IMG/VR virus record: IMGVR_UViG_3300049001_000044
Location: 124,001-188,000 of that record
Reading direction: 5' to 3' (one strand)
DNA: 64,000 nt
Position numbers and translations under genes: made by a program. The notes under the pieces are model-generated. The model was not told where the DNA came from. It saw only the letters and a program-made list of their open reading frames with translations, and ran no database searches. Of this stretch, positions 54,278-62,662 are shown piece after piece (within the stretch, counting starts at the first letter, position 1; every line of letters begins with the position of its first letter).

Positions 54278-55109
54278 AGAGTTCTTCTTTCAATTGGTTG
54301 ATTAGTTTATGGGTGTGCGAACCCATGCGATCACTTTCGATGCGGATAAACACGCACTCACCGCGAATCCAAATTTCTCTAGCCTCGTTCACGCCACCGT
54401 AATCACTCGCATCAGTGTGTAAAAACTTGTTCAGGGTAGGGTCGAAAATTCGTTCGAAGAAGGCCTGAAGATCAGAGTCCTTCTTACCCCTCATGTTAAC
54501 GATGACGGCGCGAATCGTGTCTGCTTCATAATCCTGCAAAGTTCCTACCATTTCCCGTAACATGTCGGCAGTAATTTCGCTTAGCTCATTCCTGAACTGG
54601 TCAATGTTGTCAGGGTCCAGCTTGTACTTGTGGTTGGAGAGCAGTCTCACCCATCCAAAGAACTGGTTCAGATCACCAATGTCAGGGAACCCAGTGCCGC
54701 GAAGACCCTCTCTAAAGCTGTACCAGAAATCACCGTCAGGACAAATACCCATGTGTGCGTTGTCGGATGGAATGACGAGGAAGGCCTTACCATACTGCCA
54801 CGCAGTCTGCTCAAACGATGAGCAGATCCATGCTTGATCGCGACGGGGATAATCGCTCCAACGTGGTGATGAAGAGACGAGAGCGTTCGTCTCATTCGAA
54901 GTGAAGGCGGCCTTACGTTTGAACTTGCTGCTGTCGCCGACAGCATAGTCCTGTTGCAGTGGCATGCCACGGAAGATTGCGACGTCAGGATTATCGAATA
55001 GGGCGTTAGTGTACCACTTCGAGTTCTTCCTAATCCAATCGTACGCTTCCTCTTTCGAGATGGCGGTGGATTGAGGTCCACCCTCAGCAAGGTATGCTTT
55101 GAATCTCAC
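54267..55109 (-). CDS. ART-like protein, subfamily A, tandem copy 5
   Basis: MRFKAYLAE; IFRG...YPRRDQAWICSS...YG...DFW...REIWIRG. Confidence 0.68.
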   Translation of the reverse strand: MRFKAYLAEGGPQSTAISKEEAYDWIRKNSKWYTNALFDNPDVAIFRGMPLQQDYAVGDSSKFKRKAAFTSNETNALVSSSPRWSDYPRRDQAWICSSFEQTAWQYGKAFLVIPSDNAHMGICPDGDFWYSFREGLRGTGFPDIGDLNQFFGWVRLLSNHKYKLDPDNIDQFRNELSEITADMLREMVGTLQDYEADTIRAVIVNMRGKKDSDLQAFFERIFDPTLNKFLHTDASDYGGVNEAREIWIRGECVFIRIESDRMGSHTHKLINQLKEELYAV

Positions 55110-55969
55110 AGCTCCAACTCCTTACGCAGGAATTCGATGATGTCGCGATCGCTGTTGCCAGTGACCTTGATGAACGCGGCTTTACCGTTGATCCATACTT
55201 CTCGTCTGCTGTCGACGCCACGATAGTCTTCGCCCTTTGTGTGGATGAATCCATTTGCATTTGGATCGAGTGCTTTTTCCAACCATTCGTCCATGTTGTC
55301 AGCGTGCATTTTCTTCATCGACTCTACAAGAGGTCTAACAATGCGAATGTCTTGCATCGACTCCTTCAACTCTTGCTCGTTATACTTGCTGAGCGAGTGA
55401 CGAAGCTTTGTAGGATTATTCTCTGGCATCGGAGTGGAAGGGGTGTTGAGCTTGTCAATGAATCGATTAACGTCATCGACGTCAAAGAAGCCAGACCCTT
55501 TCAAACCTACCTTGTCAAAGCATGCCCAGAAGTCATACGATGGACAGACACCGATTCGTGCTGTGTCCGCAGGAATGACAAAGTACAGACTACCTTCTGC
55601 ATCAGGATCCTTTGAACTATACCCACGAAATGCATAGAGGTCTGCGCCCGACAGGGAGGTGGAGCAGATGTACGCGCTCTCACGTGGTGGGAACGACTGC
55701 CATTCAGGATAGGTTGGGATGAGCGAGTGAATGTGATTGCTGGTGTTTGCGGCTCTCCTTCTGAAGAGGCGTGAATCACCGATAGCAAAGTCATCAAAGG
55801 AATCACGCATGCCGCGATAGATTCGATTGTTGGTTTTGCTATCATCCAAAATGCTGTGGATTCCTTCCGCTGCATTCTTTTGAATCCAATCTACTATCTC
55901 TGCTGCGTGAGACGTAACGGTGAATGGCTTACGGTATTCTTGCTCTTGTAGGTATGACTTAAACCGCAT
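55106..55969 (-). CDS. ART-like protein, subfamily A, tandem copy 4
   Basis: MRFKSYLQE; IYRG...FPPRESAYICST...DFW...REVWING. Confidence 0.68.
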   Translation of the reverse strand: MRFKSYLQEQEYRKPFTVTSHAAEIVDWIQKNAAEGIHSILDDSKTNNRIYRGMRDSFDDFAIGDSRLFRRRAANTSNHIHSLIPTYPEWQSFPPRESAYICSTSLSGADLYAFRGYSSKDPDAEGSLYFVIPADTARIGVCPSYDFWACFDKVGLKGSGFFDVDDVNRFIDKLNTPSTPMPENNPTKLRHSLSKYNEQELKESMQDIRIVRPLVESMKKMHADNMDEWLEKALDPNANGFIHTKGEDYRGVDSRREVWINGKAAFIKVTGNSDRDIIEFLRKELEL

Positions 55970-56792
55970 CTTTCAAAGTCCTGATAATTTTTTCGATGTT
56001 GTGACCGTCGACCTTGATGAATGCGGCTCTACCTGCAACCCACACTTCACGATCACCAGTACGTTTGTGATAATTAGACGCCGTGGTCTGTGAGAACTTA
56101 TTTAGCTCGGGGCCAAGGACGATCTCAAGCAGGTCGTCCATGTTATCGACATCCAGATTATTCATCGCATCAACGACGGCAGTGTGGTAGACTTTCTTCA
56201 TCACATCCTTCGTCCATGATCGAAGCACATCATGCAGCTTCTCTGAATCGGTCTCAGGAAGATGGACATTCAGAGTTTCAGCGGTGGTGGTGAGGAAGGT
56301 GTTCAGGTCTGCAACGTCATTGATGTTCCAAAGGTCAGCATGAGCTAGACCTCTTTCGAACGATGGCCAGAAGTCATCACGTGGGCAGATGCCGATGTGG
56401 GCGTTATCTGCTGGGATGACTAGGAATGGATCGTAGCGTGATGAGTATTTAGCAGCAGTGTGCAAGTTGTCGGCGCAGATGTATGCGCTCTCACGACTAG
56501 GATAGTTCTTCCATCGTGGCGAAGTGGCAATGAATGAGTTGACGAAGTTTTTGGTGTTAGCCGACTTCCTCTTGAACATAGCCGAGTTACCCACTGCATA
56601 TTGAGTATCAGACGGCACGCCTCTCACGATGTAGTTGTCAGCACTTAACACATTCGTGATGTAGTGGGAGGCATGACGCTTGCACCACTCCCTAAATGGG
56701 CCGATAGGGATAGGAGCGATGACTGGTTTGTCGCTCATCCCGGCTCCTAGCACGTGGAAGTCCGACTCATTAATGAATTGCTTAAAGCGCAT
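55959..56792 (-). CDS. ART-like protein, subfamily A, tandem copy 3
   Basis: MRFKQFINE; IVRG...YPSRESAYICAD...DFW...REVWVAG. Confidence 0.68.
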   Translation of the reverse strand: MRFKQFINESDFHVLGAGMSDKPVIAPIPIGPFREWCKRHASHYITNVLSADNYIVRGVPSDTQYAVGNSAMFKRKSANTKNFVNSFIATSPRWKNYPSRESAYICADNLHTAAKYSSRYDPFLVIPADNAHIGICPRDDFWPSFERGLAHADLWNINDVADLNTFLTTTAETLNVHLPETDSEKLHDVLRSWTKDVMKKVYHTAVVDAMNNLDVDNMDDLLEIVLGPELNKFSQTTASNYHKRTGDREVWVAGRAAFIKVDGHNIEKIIRTLKDAV

Positions 56793-57687
56793 TCAGCCAC
56801 TCCCTTACTTTTTTCTCTGCTGATTCGTAATCATATTCGTCGACAAATTCACTGATCGAGATGAACGCACATGTGCCGCCAATCCATACTTCATGATCAC
56901 CTTCCACATGGAAGGTCTCGCCCTTAGTGTGAGTGAAACCAGAAGCGGCTGGATCCAGTAGGCCTTCTAAGAACGTTAGCATGGACTCACGATAGTCCAT
57001 CTTCTCGGCGATCATCTTAATCCTTCTACTGTACTCGTTATGGAAGTCGACATGAATCTTGTCCGACATGTCATGAAAGTCTTTGTTAGTATCAGGGTGA
57101 TCACCAATCATGTCTTCCAAGTCTTCACGCCAAATGCTTCTCAAAATCCTGGTAAGTTCTGCGTAGTCAGTGCTGTTGTCAATTGGTTCACCAAATCGTT
57201 GGCATATGGCGCTCAAGACTTCGTTCATCATCTCAACACCGCCACCTTTGAACATTTTATCGAACTCTTTGAAGCCGCACCAGAAGTCGAAAGCTGGAAC
57301 AACGCCAATTCCCGCATCGTCAGCAGGAATTACCAGGTAGGGGTCACCAAAGTTGTTCGCGTTATCTAGGTCAGTAGTGCATATGTAGGCGCTCTCACGC
57401 TTAGGATAGTCTTTCCATTTAGAAGAGCGGGAAACCAACAAGTTGATGAAGTTGGAAGTGTTTGCCGCCTTTCGAACGAATTTGCTCGTATCGCCTAGAC
57501 CGTATGGGTGATCTTCCCTACCCATTGAAAGACCACGCCAAATAATTGGACCACCACGAAGCAGACCAGCAACATGCGCCTTGCTATGCTGCTTAATCCA
57601 CTCAACCACTTCTTCCTTTGATGTTGGAGAAGCATGCGGGTAGCTGTACTTCTCCTCTTGTTCCTTTAGGTAATCTTTGAATCTCAT
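56782..57687 (-). CDS. ART-like protein, subfamily A, tandem copy 2
   Basis: MRFKDYLKE; IWRG...YPKRESAYICTT...FG...DFW...HEVWIGG. Confidence 0.68.
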   Translation of the reverse strand: MRFKDYLKEQEEKYSYPHASPTSKEEVVEWIKQHSKAHVAGLLRGGPIIWRGLSMGREDHPYGLGDTSKFVRKAANTSNFINLLVSRSSKWKDYPKRESAYICTTDLDNANNFGDPYLVIPADDAGIGVVPAFDFWCGFKEFDKMFKGGGVEMMNEVLSAICQRFGEPIDNSTDYAELTRILRSIWREDLEDMIGDHPDTNKDFHDMSDKIHVDFHNEYSRRIKMIAEKMDYRESMLTFLEGLLDPAASGFTHTKGETFHVEGDHEVWIGGTCAFISISEFVDEYDYESAEKKVREWLNAL

Positions 57688-58589
57688 TCTAACTCTTCTA
57701 CCCAGTCAAGTGGGTTATCGGCGTGGCCGATAACTGCTACCTCACCATGCACCCACACCTCATGGTCTCCATGAATGTCGAACTCTCTTCCATTTAAGAC
57801 TTGGAATTTGTTCGTGTATGGATCCATCGACTTGGACAGCCATTCATACAGGCTGTCTCCCATGTTCGGGCTCTGCAGGATGGTTTCACGGATGATTTTC
57901 GCCCAACGCTGGTTGTAATCGCGGGTGTGGTCAGGATGGTCGTTGTCGAACCCTTCCAACTGATTTACGAAATCGTGAAGCTTCTCGGTGGTCACATCGC
58001 TCAACACCCTTCTCATCTCGTCAAAGGTCATCTTCTGCTCATCTAACTTCAGATTCATTTCTTCTTTGATGAACTCCAGCATCGTGTTGATGGAGTCGAC
58101 GTTCTTGTGTCTGCGCTTTAGGAACGAAAAGCTGTCCCAAAAATCTGACTCAGTGCAGATTCCGATTTGCGCGCTGTCGGCAGGAATGATTAGTGCAAGG
58201 TCACCATACTGTTCCGCCTTGTGCTCGTTCGTCGTGCAGATGTATGAAGACGAACGAGGTGGGAACCGCTTCCATGCTGCGTCATTGCTCACCAACAAGT
58301 TGATGTAATTGGCAGTATAGGCTGCACGACGCTTGAGCGATCTCGAATCACCAATCAAGTACGGTGCCTCTGCCGTGAATCCACGATAGATCGGTGATGC
58401 GCTGCCATCCTTCAGCTTCTGAATGTAGCGAGAGGCGTTCTTCTTAATCCACTCCTTAACCTCATGCTCTTCGACCCGCCGCATGTTTTGAAAGTTTGGG
58501 GTGGAGATCGTCTCCTCATCGTCGTCCCATGGAAAAGTCGGTTCACCGTTGTTTCGATATTGCTCTTTGATGTAGTCTTTGAATCTCAT
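57684..58589 (-). CDS. ART-like protein, subfamily A, tandem copy 1
   Basis: MRFKDYIKE; IYRG...FPPRSSSYICTT...YG...DFW...HEVWVHG. Confidence 0.68.
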   Translation of the reverse strand: MRFKDYIKEQYRNNGEPTFPWDDDEETISTPNFQNMRRVEEHEVKEWIKKNASRYIQKLKDGSASPIYRGFTAEAPYLIGDSRSLKRRAAYTANYINLLVSNDAAWKRFPPRSSSYICTTNEHKAEQYGDLALIIPADSAQIGICTESDFWDSFSFLKRRHKNVDSINTMLEFIKEEMNLKLDEQKMTFDEMRRVLSDVTTEKLHDFVNQLEGFDNDHPDHTRDYNQRWAKIIRETILQSPNMGDSLYEWLSKSMDPYTNKFQVLNGREFDIHGDHEVWVHGEVAVIGHADNPLDWVEELE

Positions 58590-58591
58590 TT

Positions 58592-60445
58592 TTAACCGAT
58601 GAAGAATGCTGTGTTGCCGAAGTTGACGCCACCGTTACCAGCTTCGTAGTCAGTGATTTGACGAAGCAGCTCAGCGAAGTCTTGGTTCGCTTCTGAGATA
58701 AGCATGTCGCCGTTCAACGTCAATCCGCCGTTAGGACCTGCAACAGAGCCGTATTTAGAGCGGATCATACCCAACGTGTACTTCAGTTCGGCTTCAGCCC
58801 AGCCTTGAATCCACTGCTTAGCCCAACGGTCATTGATCAACTCTTGTTCAGTTCTTTCAATCACGACTTCCAACACCACACGTTCAGATCTGGTTTGAAT
58901 GTCGCGATATAGAGTGAGCTGTCGAGAGGCTTCATCCCAAGTGTACATGATGTTGCCAGCGAAAATCTTCTCAAACATCTCAGCCATCTGCGACACAAGG
59001 TGGATGGAAACCAAGTCGATGTTTTGGCCGTTGTAGAACTGCTCAATGAATGGCTGCGAGTAGATGTTAGAACCACCGAATGCGTTCATCGAGGACTGTG
59101 AAACACGGTGAATCTTCAGTATGTTGACGATCTTGTCAGTGCCTAGGCGCGGATCATTGAGGTAGTAGGTGGACTGATTGTTCTTCACCGTGAAGAGAAT
59201 GTGGCGATGCTGATACGCGTTGTCAGCACGACGACGGAACTCGTCAAGAGCATTATCGATTGCGACGTTGAACTGTTCTTCAGCCAACTCAATGCAGATC
59301 TTTGGCCAACCCATCTGGTTCTTCAGAGTCTTGATGAGGCGCAGGCGCTCATCATAGCTACCGTCGGTGCCAATACCGATCTTGTCAGACGTTGCAGAGC
59401 CTTCGCTGTCAGTATCAGCCTTGTTCCATTTGTCACCATCCCATACCAGCAAATCTCTACCCACGGTCTGATAGAAGAAGTCGCCAATAGTTGGAGGAGC
59501 AGGAGGTTGGTAGTCGCAAACTGTATCGCCGGTAATTGCGGTGGTCCACTCACCCGGGCCTGTCTGGAATTGGAAGAGATTGCCAGTGAATGGCAGCCAC
59601 TGCCCCAATGTGAAGACGTACATCTGAGGGGTTGGCATTGCACCAAGCGGGTCTTGCCCCATGTTGTAAGAGATGTCGCCTGGTTGCGCATCGCTTGGGG
59701 TCTCACGAAGGAACCTACCAAGAGGTACGTAACCTGAACCGAACTTAACACGGGTATTCGATGCATTGCAGTCCACCCACATACCACCTACGAAGAAGAC
59801 AAGCTTGTTGTATGTGATGTCGTAGAAGATATGATTTGGTCCGACAGGTGGCGCCGTACCAACAGGAACAGTATCAGTCGAAGTCTCAAGCCAAGTGCTA
59901 GTAGCGGCGTTCCACACCAGCACTTTGTTCGAGGCATGGTCATAGTACGCTTGACCATTCGATGGGTTGCTTGGAGGAATAGACTGAGCTGGGATAGAGC
60001 CGGCGTAAGTGTCAACACTGCGCTCATTCACCGTGGTTTCGATCGCGTAGGATTGAACGCCAATGGTGAAGTACTGCAGGATGTTGGATGCGGCATGGAT
60101 GGACGCGTAGTAGACCTTGTTAGGATCCACATTCGAGACGTCAACGGACACGATGGTTAGATCATCGTTGAAGTATCCATACGAAGCGGCGATTACTTGA
60201 GCAGTGCCGATCTTGTCAGCAGGTGCTGCGAAATTGGTAGATGGCGTGTAGCGCTTGCCATCCTCTGGGTATTCATCACCAGAGAATCTGCTTTCTGAAA
60301 GCAGGACGACTGCGCCGTCAATCACATCAGAGATTGGATAGGTCCAAGTAACTCTCAGCGAGTTGTTTGGGATTTGCTGGACTTTGACGGTCATCTTGCG
60401 ACCGTCAATCCATAGATCATGAGCGTTGTTTTGGAGGTCAGACAT
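58592..60445 (-). CDS. Neck protein (gp13-like) with long N-terminal extension
   Basis: C-terminal QMGWPKICIELAEEQFNVAIDNAL...WIQGWAEAELK..LG.IRSKY...GGLTLNG. Confidence 0.8.
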   Translation of the reverse strand: MSDLQNNAHDLWIDGRKMTVKVQQIPNNSLRVTWTYPISDVIDGAVVLLSESRFSGDEYPEDGKRYTPSTNFAAPADKIGTAQVIAASYGYFNDDLTIVSVDVSNVDPNKVYYASIHAASNILQYFTIGVQSYAIETTVNERSVDTYAGSIPAQSIPPSNPSNGQAYYDHASNKVLVWNAATSTWLETSTDTVPVGTAPPVGPNHIFYDITYNKLVFFVGGMWVDCNASNTRVKFGSGYVPLGRFLRETPSDAQPGDISYNMGQDPLGAMPTPQMYVFTLGQWLPFTGNLFQFQTGPGEWTTAITGDTVCDYQPPAPPTIGDFFYQTVGRDLLVWDGDKWNKADTDSEGSATSDKIGIGTDGSYDERLRLIKTLKNQMGWPKICIELAEEQFNVAIDNALDEFRRRADNAYQHRHILFTVKNNQSTYYLNDPRLGTDKIVNILKIHRVSQSSMNAFGGSNIYSQPFIEQFYNGQNIDLVSIHLVSQMAEMFEKIFAGNIMYTWDEASRQLTLYRDIQTRSERVVLEVVIERTEQELINDRWAKQWIQGWAEAELKYTLGMIRSKYGSVAGPNGGLTLNGDMLISEANQDFAELLRQITDYEAGNGGVNFGNTAFFIG

Positions 60446-60475
60446 TGGAAGCCCTGTCGATATTGTACGATCAGG

Positions 60476-60483
60476 TATTTATC
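60476..60483 (-). promoter_or_regulatory. Late promoter motif GATAAATA
   Basis: Upstream of the gp13 / ART / gp14 / gp15 operon. Confidence 0.65.
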
Positions 60484-61321
60484 GATCGCTGGGGTAACCG
60501 TTAGCCTTCCATTCTCTTATGTAGTCAAGCACTTTAATTTTTGGTTCCCAACCACTGGGACGCAGGAACTGATTGGCGCAGGTATAGGGAGGATCGCCTG
60601 GCCTAGCGGCACGATATTCGATGTCAAGTGAGGTGTCACGTTGGAACTCTTCAACGATCTCTTTCACCGTGACTGATGCTTCACCACTGCCAAGTTCGTA
60701 AAGATTCCAACCAGGACGAAGCGCCATGTGGTCCATCACCTGAACGAGTCCTTCACAGACATCATCAACGTGCGTATAGTCTCTAATGATCGAACCATCG
60801 CCTTCGATGAAGAAGCCGCGACACGTTGTCAATCCTATCTTGCACTGCTTGACGAGGGTAGTGTAGGAGTAGGCGAACGCTTCACCAGGCCCATACACGT
60901 TGAAAAGACGAACTGAGCATGCGTGAACCTTGTAGGTGTCACGGTATAAGTCCACAAGTTGCTCACCCATTGCTTTCGACAACGCATACGGATTGCGAGC
61001 GAGATTTGCGAACTTAGCAGACGACGATGAGATGAAGATCAGCTTCGTAGTTGGATTCTTACGACAGTACTCCAGCACCTTCGTCAGCGATGTGATGTTG
61101 TTCTCAATGCTACCCGCTGGATCAACAAGTGAGATGCCGAGTCGTGGGGTTGCGGCAAGATGGAAGATGAAGTCCAACTCACCAAACTGGCCCAAGTCTG
61201 TGTCTTGCACCAACTGACCATCAACCTTGTCAATGATGAAGACGTCTTCAGTAATTTCCGAAAGATGGTTAACGAGGCGTGTGCCGATGAAGCCACGCCC
61301 ACCAGTGACTAGGATTCTCAT
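60479..61321 (-). CDS. NAD-dependent epimerase/dehydratase (extended SDR)
   Basis: Start moved to MRILVTGGRGFIG; FHLAA, ISSSS, YALSK, RLFNVYGP, RDYTHVDD. Confidence 0.92.
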   Translation of the reverse strand: MRILVTGGRGFIGTRLVNHLSEITEDVFIIDKVDGQLVQDTDLGQFGELDFIFHLAATPRLGISLVDPAGSIENNITSLTKVLEYCRKNPTTKLIFISSSSAKFANLARNPYALSKAMGEQLVDLYRDTYKVHACSVRLFNVYGPGEAFAYSYTTLVKQCKIGLTTCRGFFIEGDGSIIRDYTHVDDVCEGLVQVMDHMALRPGWNLYELGSGEASVTVKEIVEEFQRDTSLDIEYRAARPGDPPYTCANQFLRPSGWEPKIKVLDYIREWKANGYPSDR

Positions 61322-61782
61322 GAAAATATTACCGTCCCACGTGTTGCAGCAGTGCATGGCAAGATGCCTGCTAGGGTGTCATCGCTAGGCGTGCCATCAA
61401 AACAGAGTGTGGAGATGGAGTGACCTTTACCTGCGTTTGGCCCGCTCAGGAACTTGACTAGACTTCCATCACTGAACTCATACCTTTCTTTCGTCCTACT
61501 ACGAAGGAGTCCGATGTAGAGATCGGAAGGTAGGCTGTCCAGCATCTTACCAAATTCTGCAGCGCGTTCACGCCGGCTTTGAACATTGGTCGATACTACG
61601 AGATGGGTGCGAAGAGGTTGGAAGATTGCTTGCCACAGAATGTAGGCGAGGGATTGCTCCACGCCTGCTTCATTCTGTTCACCTTGCTTGATAGTAGGTG
61701 GTGTGATGCCTAGTTGGGATTCGCAGAAGTACTCAAACGAATCTCTGCAATGGATGAGGGTGAGGAGTTGGGATGGTGACAT
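61318..61782 (-). CDS. Degenerate terminase-ATPase-like protein (154 aa)
   Basis: Colinear with TerL N-domain (CRDSFEYFCE, YILW, YEFSDGS, GKG.S, LCFDG) but no Walker A and no Walker B Glu. Confidence 0.6.
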   Translation of the reverse strand: MSPSQLLTLIHCRDSFEYFCESQLGITPPTIKQGEQNEAGVEQSLAYILWQAIFQPLRTHLVVSTNVQSRRERAAEFGKMLDSLPSDLYIGLLRSRTKERYEFSDGSLVKFLSGPNAGKGHSISTLCFDGTPSDDTLAGILPCTAATRGTVIFS

Positions 61783-61789
61783 GGAATTT

Positions 61790-61816
61790 CTAAATAGTCG
61801 TTTGAGACTTATTTAG
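61790..61816. promoter_or_regulatory. Overlapping divergent CTAAATA motifs
   Basis: CTAAATA on plus 61790-61796 and on minus 61810-61816, between divergent genes. Confidence 0.5.
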
Positions 61817-61824
61817 GATTCACC

Positions 61825-62052
61825 ATGATCAAGGTTCGTGCACGTGCTTGGCCGCACATGTTCAAAGCGGGAGAAACGGTCGAGGCAGTGATTAAGAAGG
61901 TCAACTGCCACGACGTTATGGGAGAGGAGTTGGCGGAGCTTCTACAGAAGTACCACGAAATCAATGGGAGTCATGTTCCAAGGGCGGCAACACAAGCGTT
62001 AATTCCTGTGTTGGTCCGCCATCAGACGAAGGTGTTTGGCAAGAAGCGTTAA
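61825..62052 (+). CDS. Hypothetical protein (75 aa)
   Basis: Fills the gap between minus genes; AGGA RBS; late-type motif upstream. Confidence 0.6.
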   Translation: MIKVRARAWPHMFKAGETVEAVIKKVNCHDVMGEELAELLQKYHEINGSHVPRAATQALIPVLVRHQTKVFGKKR

Positions 62053-62474
62053 TTGCCTGGCATCAGGGTGATGAGGCCAGAGATTTCACGGTCTTCCTTC
62101 ACCACATTCGGTGCTGGCCAGCTCGACTTGGTTTTGGCTTCCTTCGCCGCATGCTTGATGCGGGCTTTTTCCGCCTTCTCGCGGTCCTTCAATGAACCGA
62201 AGACTGCACGGAAACGGTAGGAGATTTTCAGCACGTCGTCATCGACGGACTCCAACGTGTAGTAGATGTTCTCGAGGGCGTAAAGGGTGGGGTCTTGCGC
62301 CTTGGTTACGCCATGGAATTGTGCGATGATGTTATGGATCTTCTGAAGATCCGGGCCTTTGGCCGACATGACGTTCGCTGCGAGATTTGCGAGATTCGAA
62401 ATGCCCAGCTCCATGTCTTCCCACTTGCTGCCGAGTTTAACTTGGAAGGATTGGCGTTCGATAACTGCAGTCAT
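62049..62474 (-). CDS. Hypothetical protein (141 aa)
   Basis: ORF track; AGGAG RBS; AGTTT promoter upstream. Confidence 0.72.
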   Translation of the reverse strand: MTAVIERQSFQVKLGSKWEDMELGISNLANLAANVMSAKGPDLQKIHNIIAQFHGVTKAQDPTLYALENIYYTLESVDDDVLKISYRFRAVFGSLKDREKAEKARIKHAAKEAKTKSSWPAPNVVKEDREISGLITLMPGN

Positions 62475-62510
62475 ACTTGCTCCTTAGAGGATGTGTCAAC
62501 GTGATGAGTA

Positions 62511-62541
62511 ATTATACGTCATTGTGAGGAGCTGAAAAACT
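62511..62541 (-). promoter_or_regulatory. Phage promoter AGTTT-N20-TATAAT
   Basis: Exact motif copy. Confidence 0.72.
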
Positions 62542-62569
62542 AGCTGTCTACAATACGACACAGACATAT

Positions 62570-62648
62570 TCTGAGACTTACTAGAGGGGCCCAGTGATGA
62601 CAAAAGAGCTTCGATGCTATTACTAACATCGAAGCTCTAGAGGTGCTC
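62570..62648. repeat. Dispersed intergenic element copy 4 (degenerate) around a terminator
   Basis: 62570-62594 matches 7863-7887 at 21/25 positions; AGAGGTGCTC at 62639-62648; 12-bp hairpin 62605-62638. Confidence 0.7.
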
Positions 62649-62662
62649 TGGGAGGTCCTGAC

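Noticed and set aside
7863-62648. Repeat element as a CRISPR array, integron attC or IS ends
   Set aside because: Copies are kilobases apart without regular spacers; no GTTRRRY/RYYYAAC cores, cas, integrase or transposase gene seen in the window.
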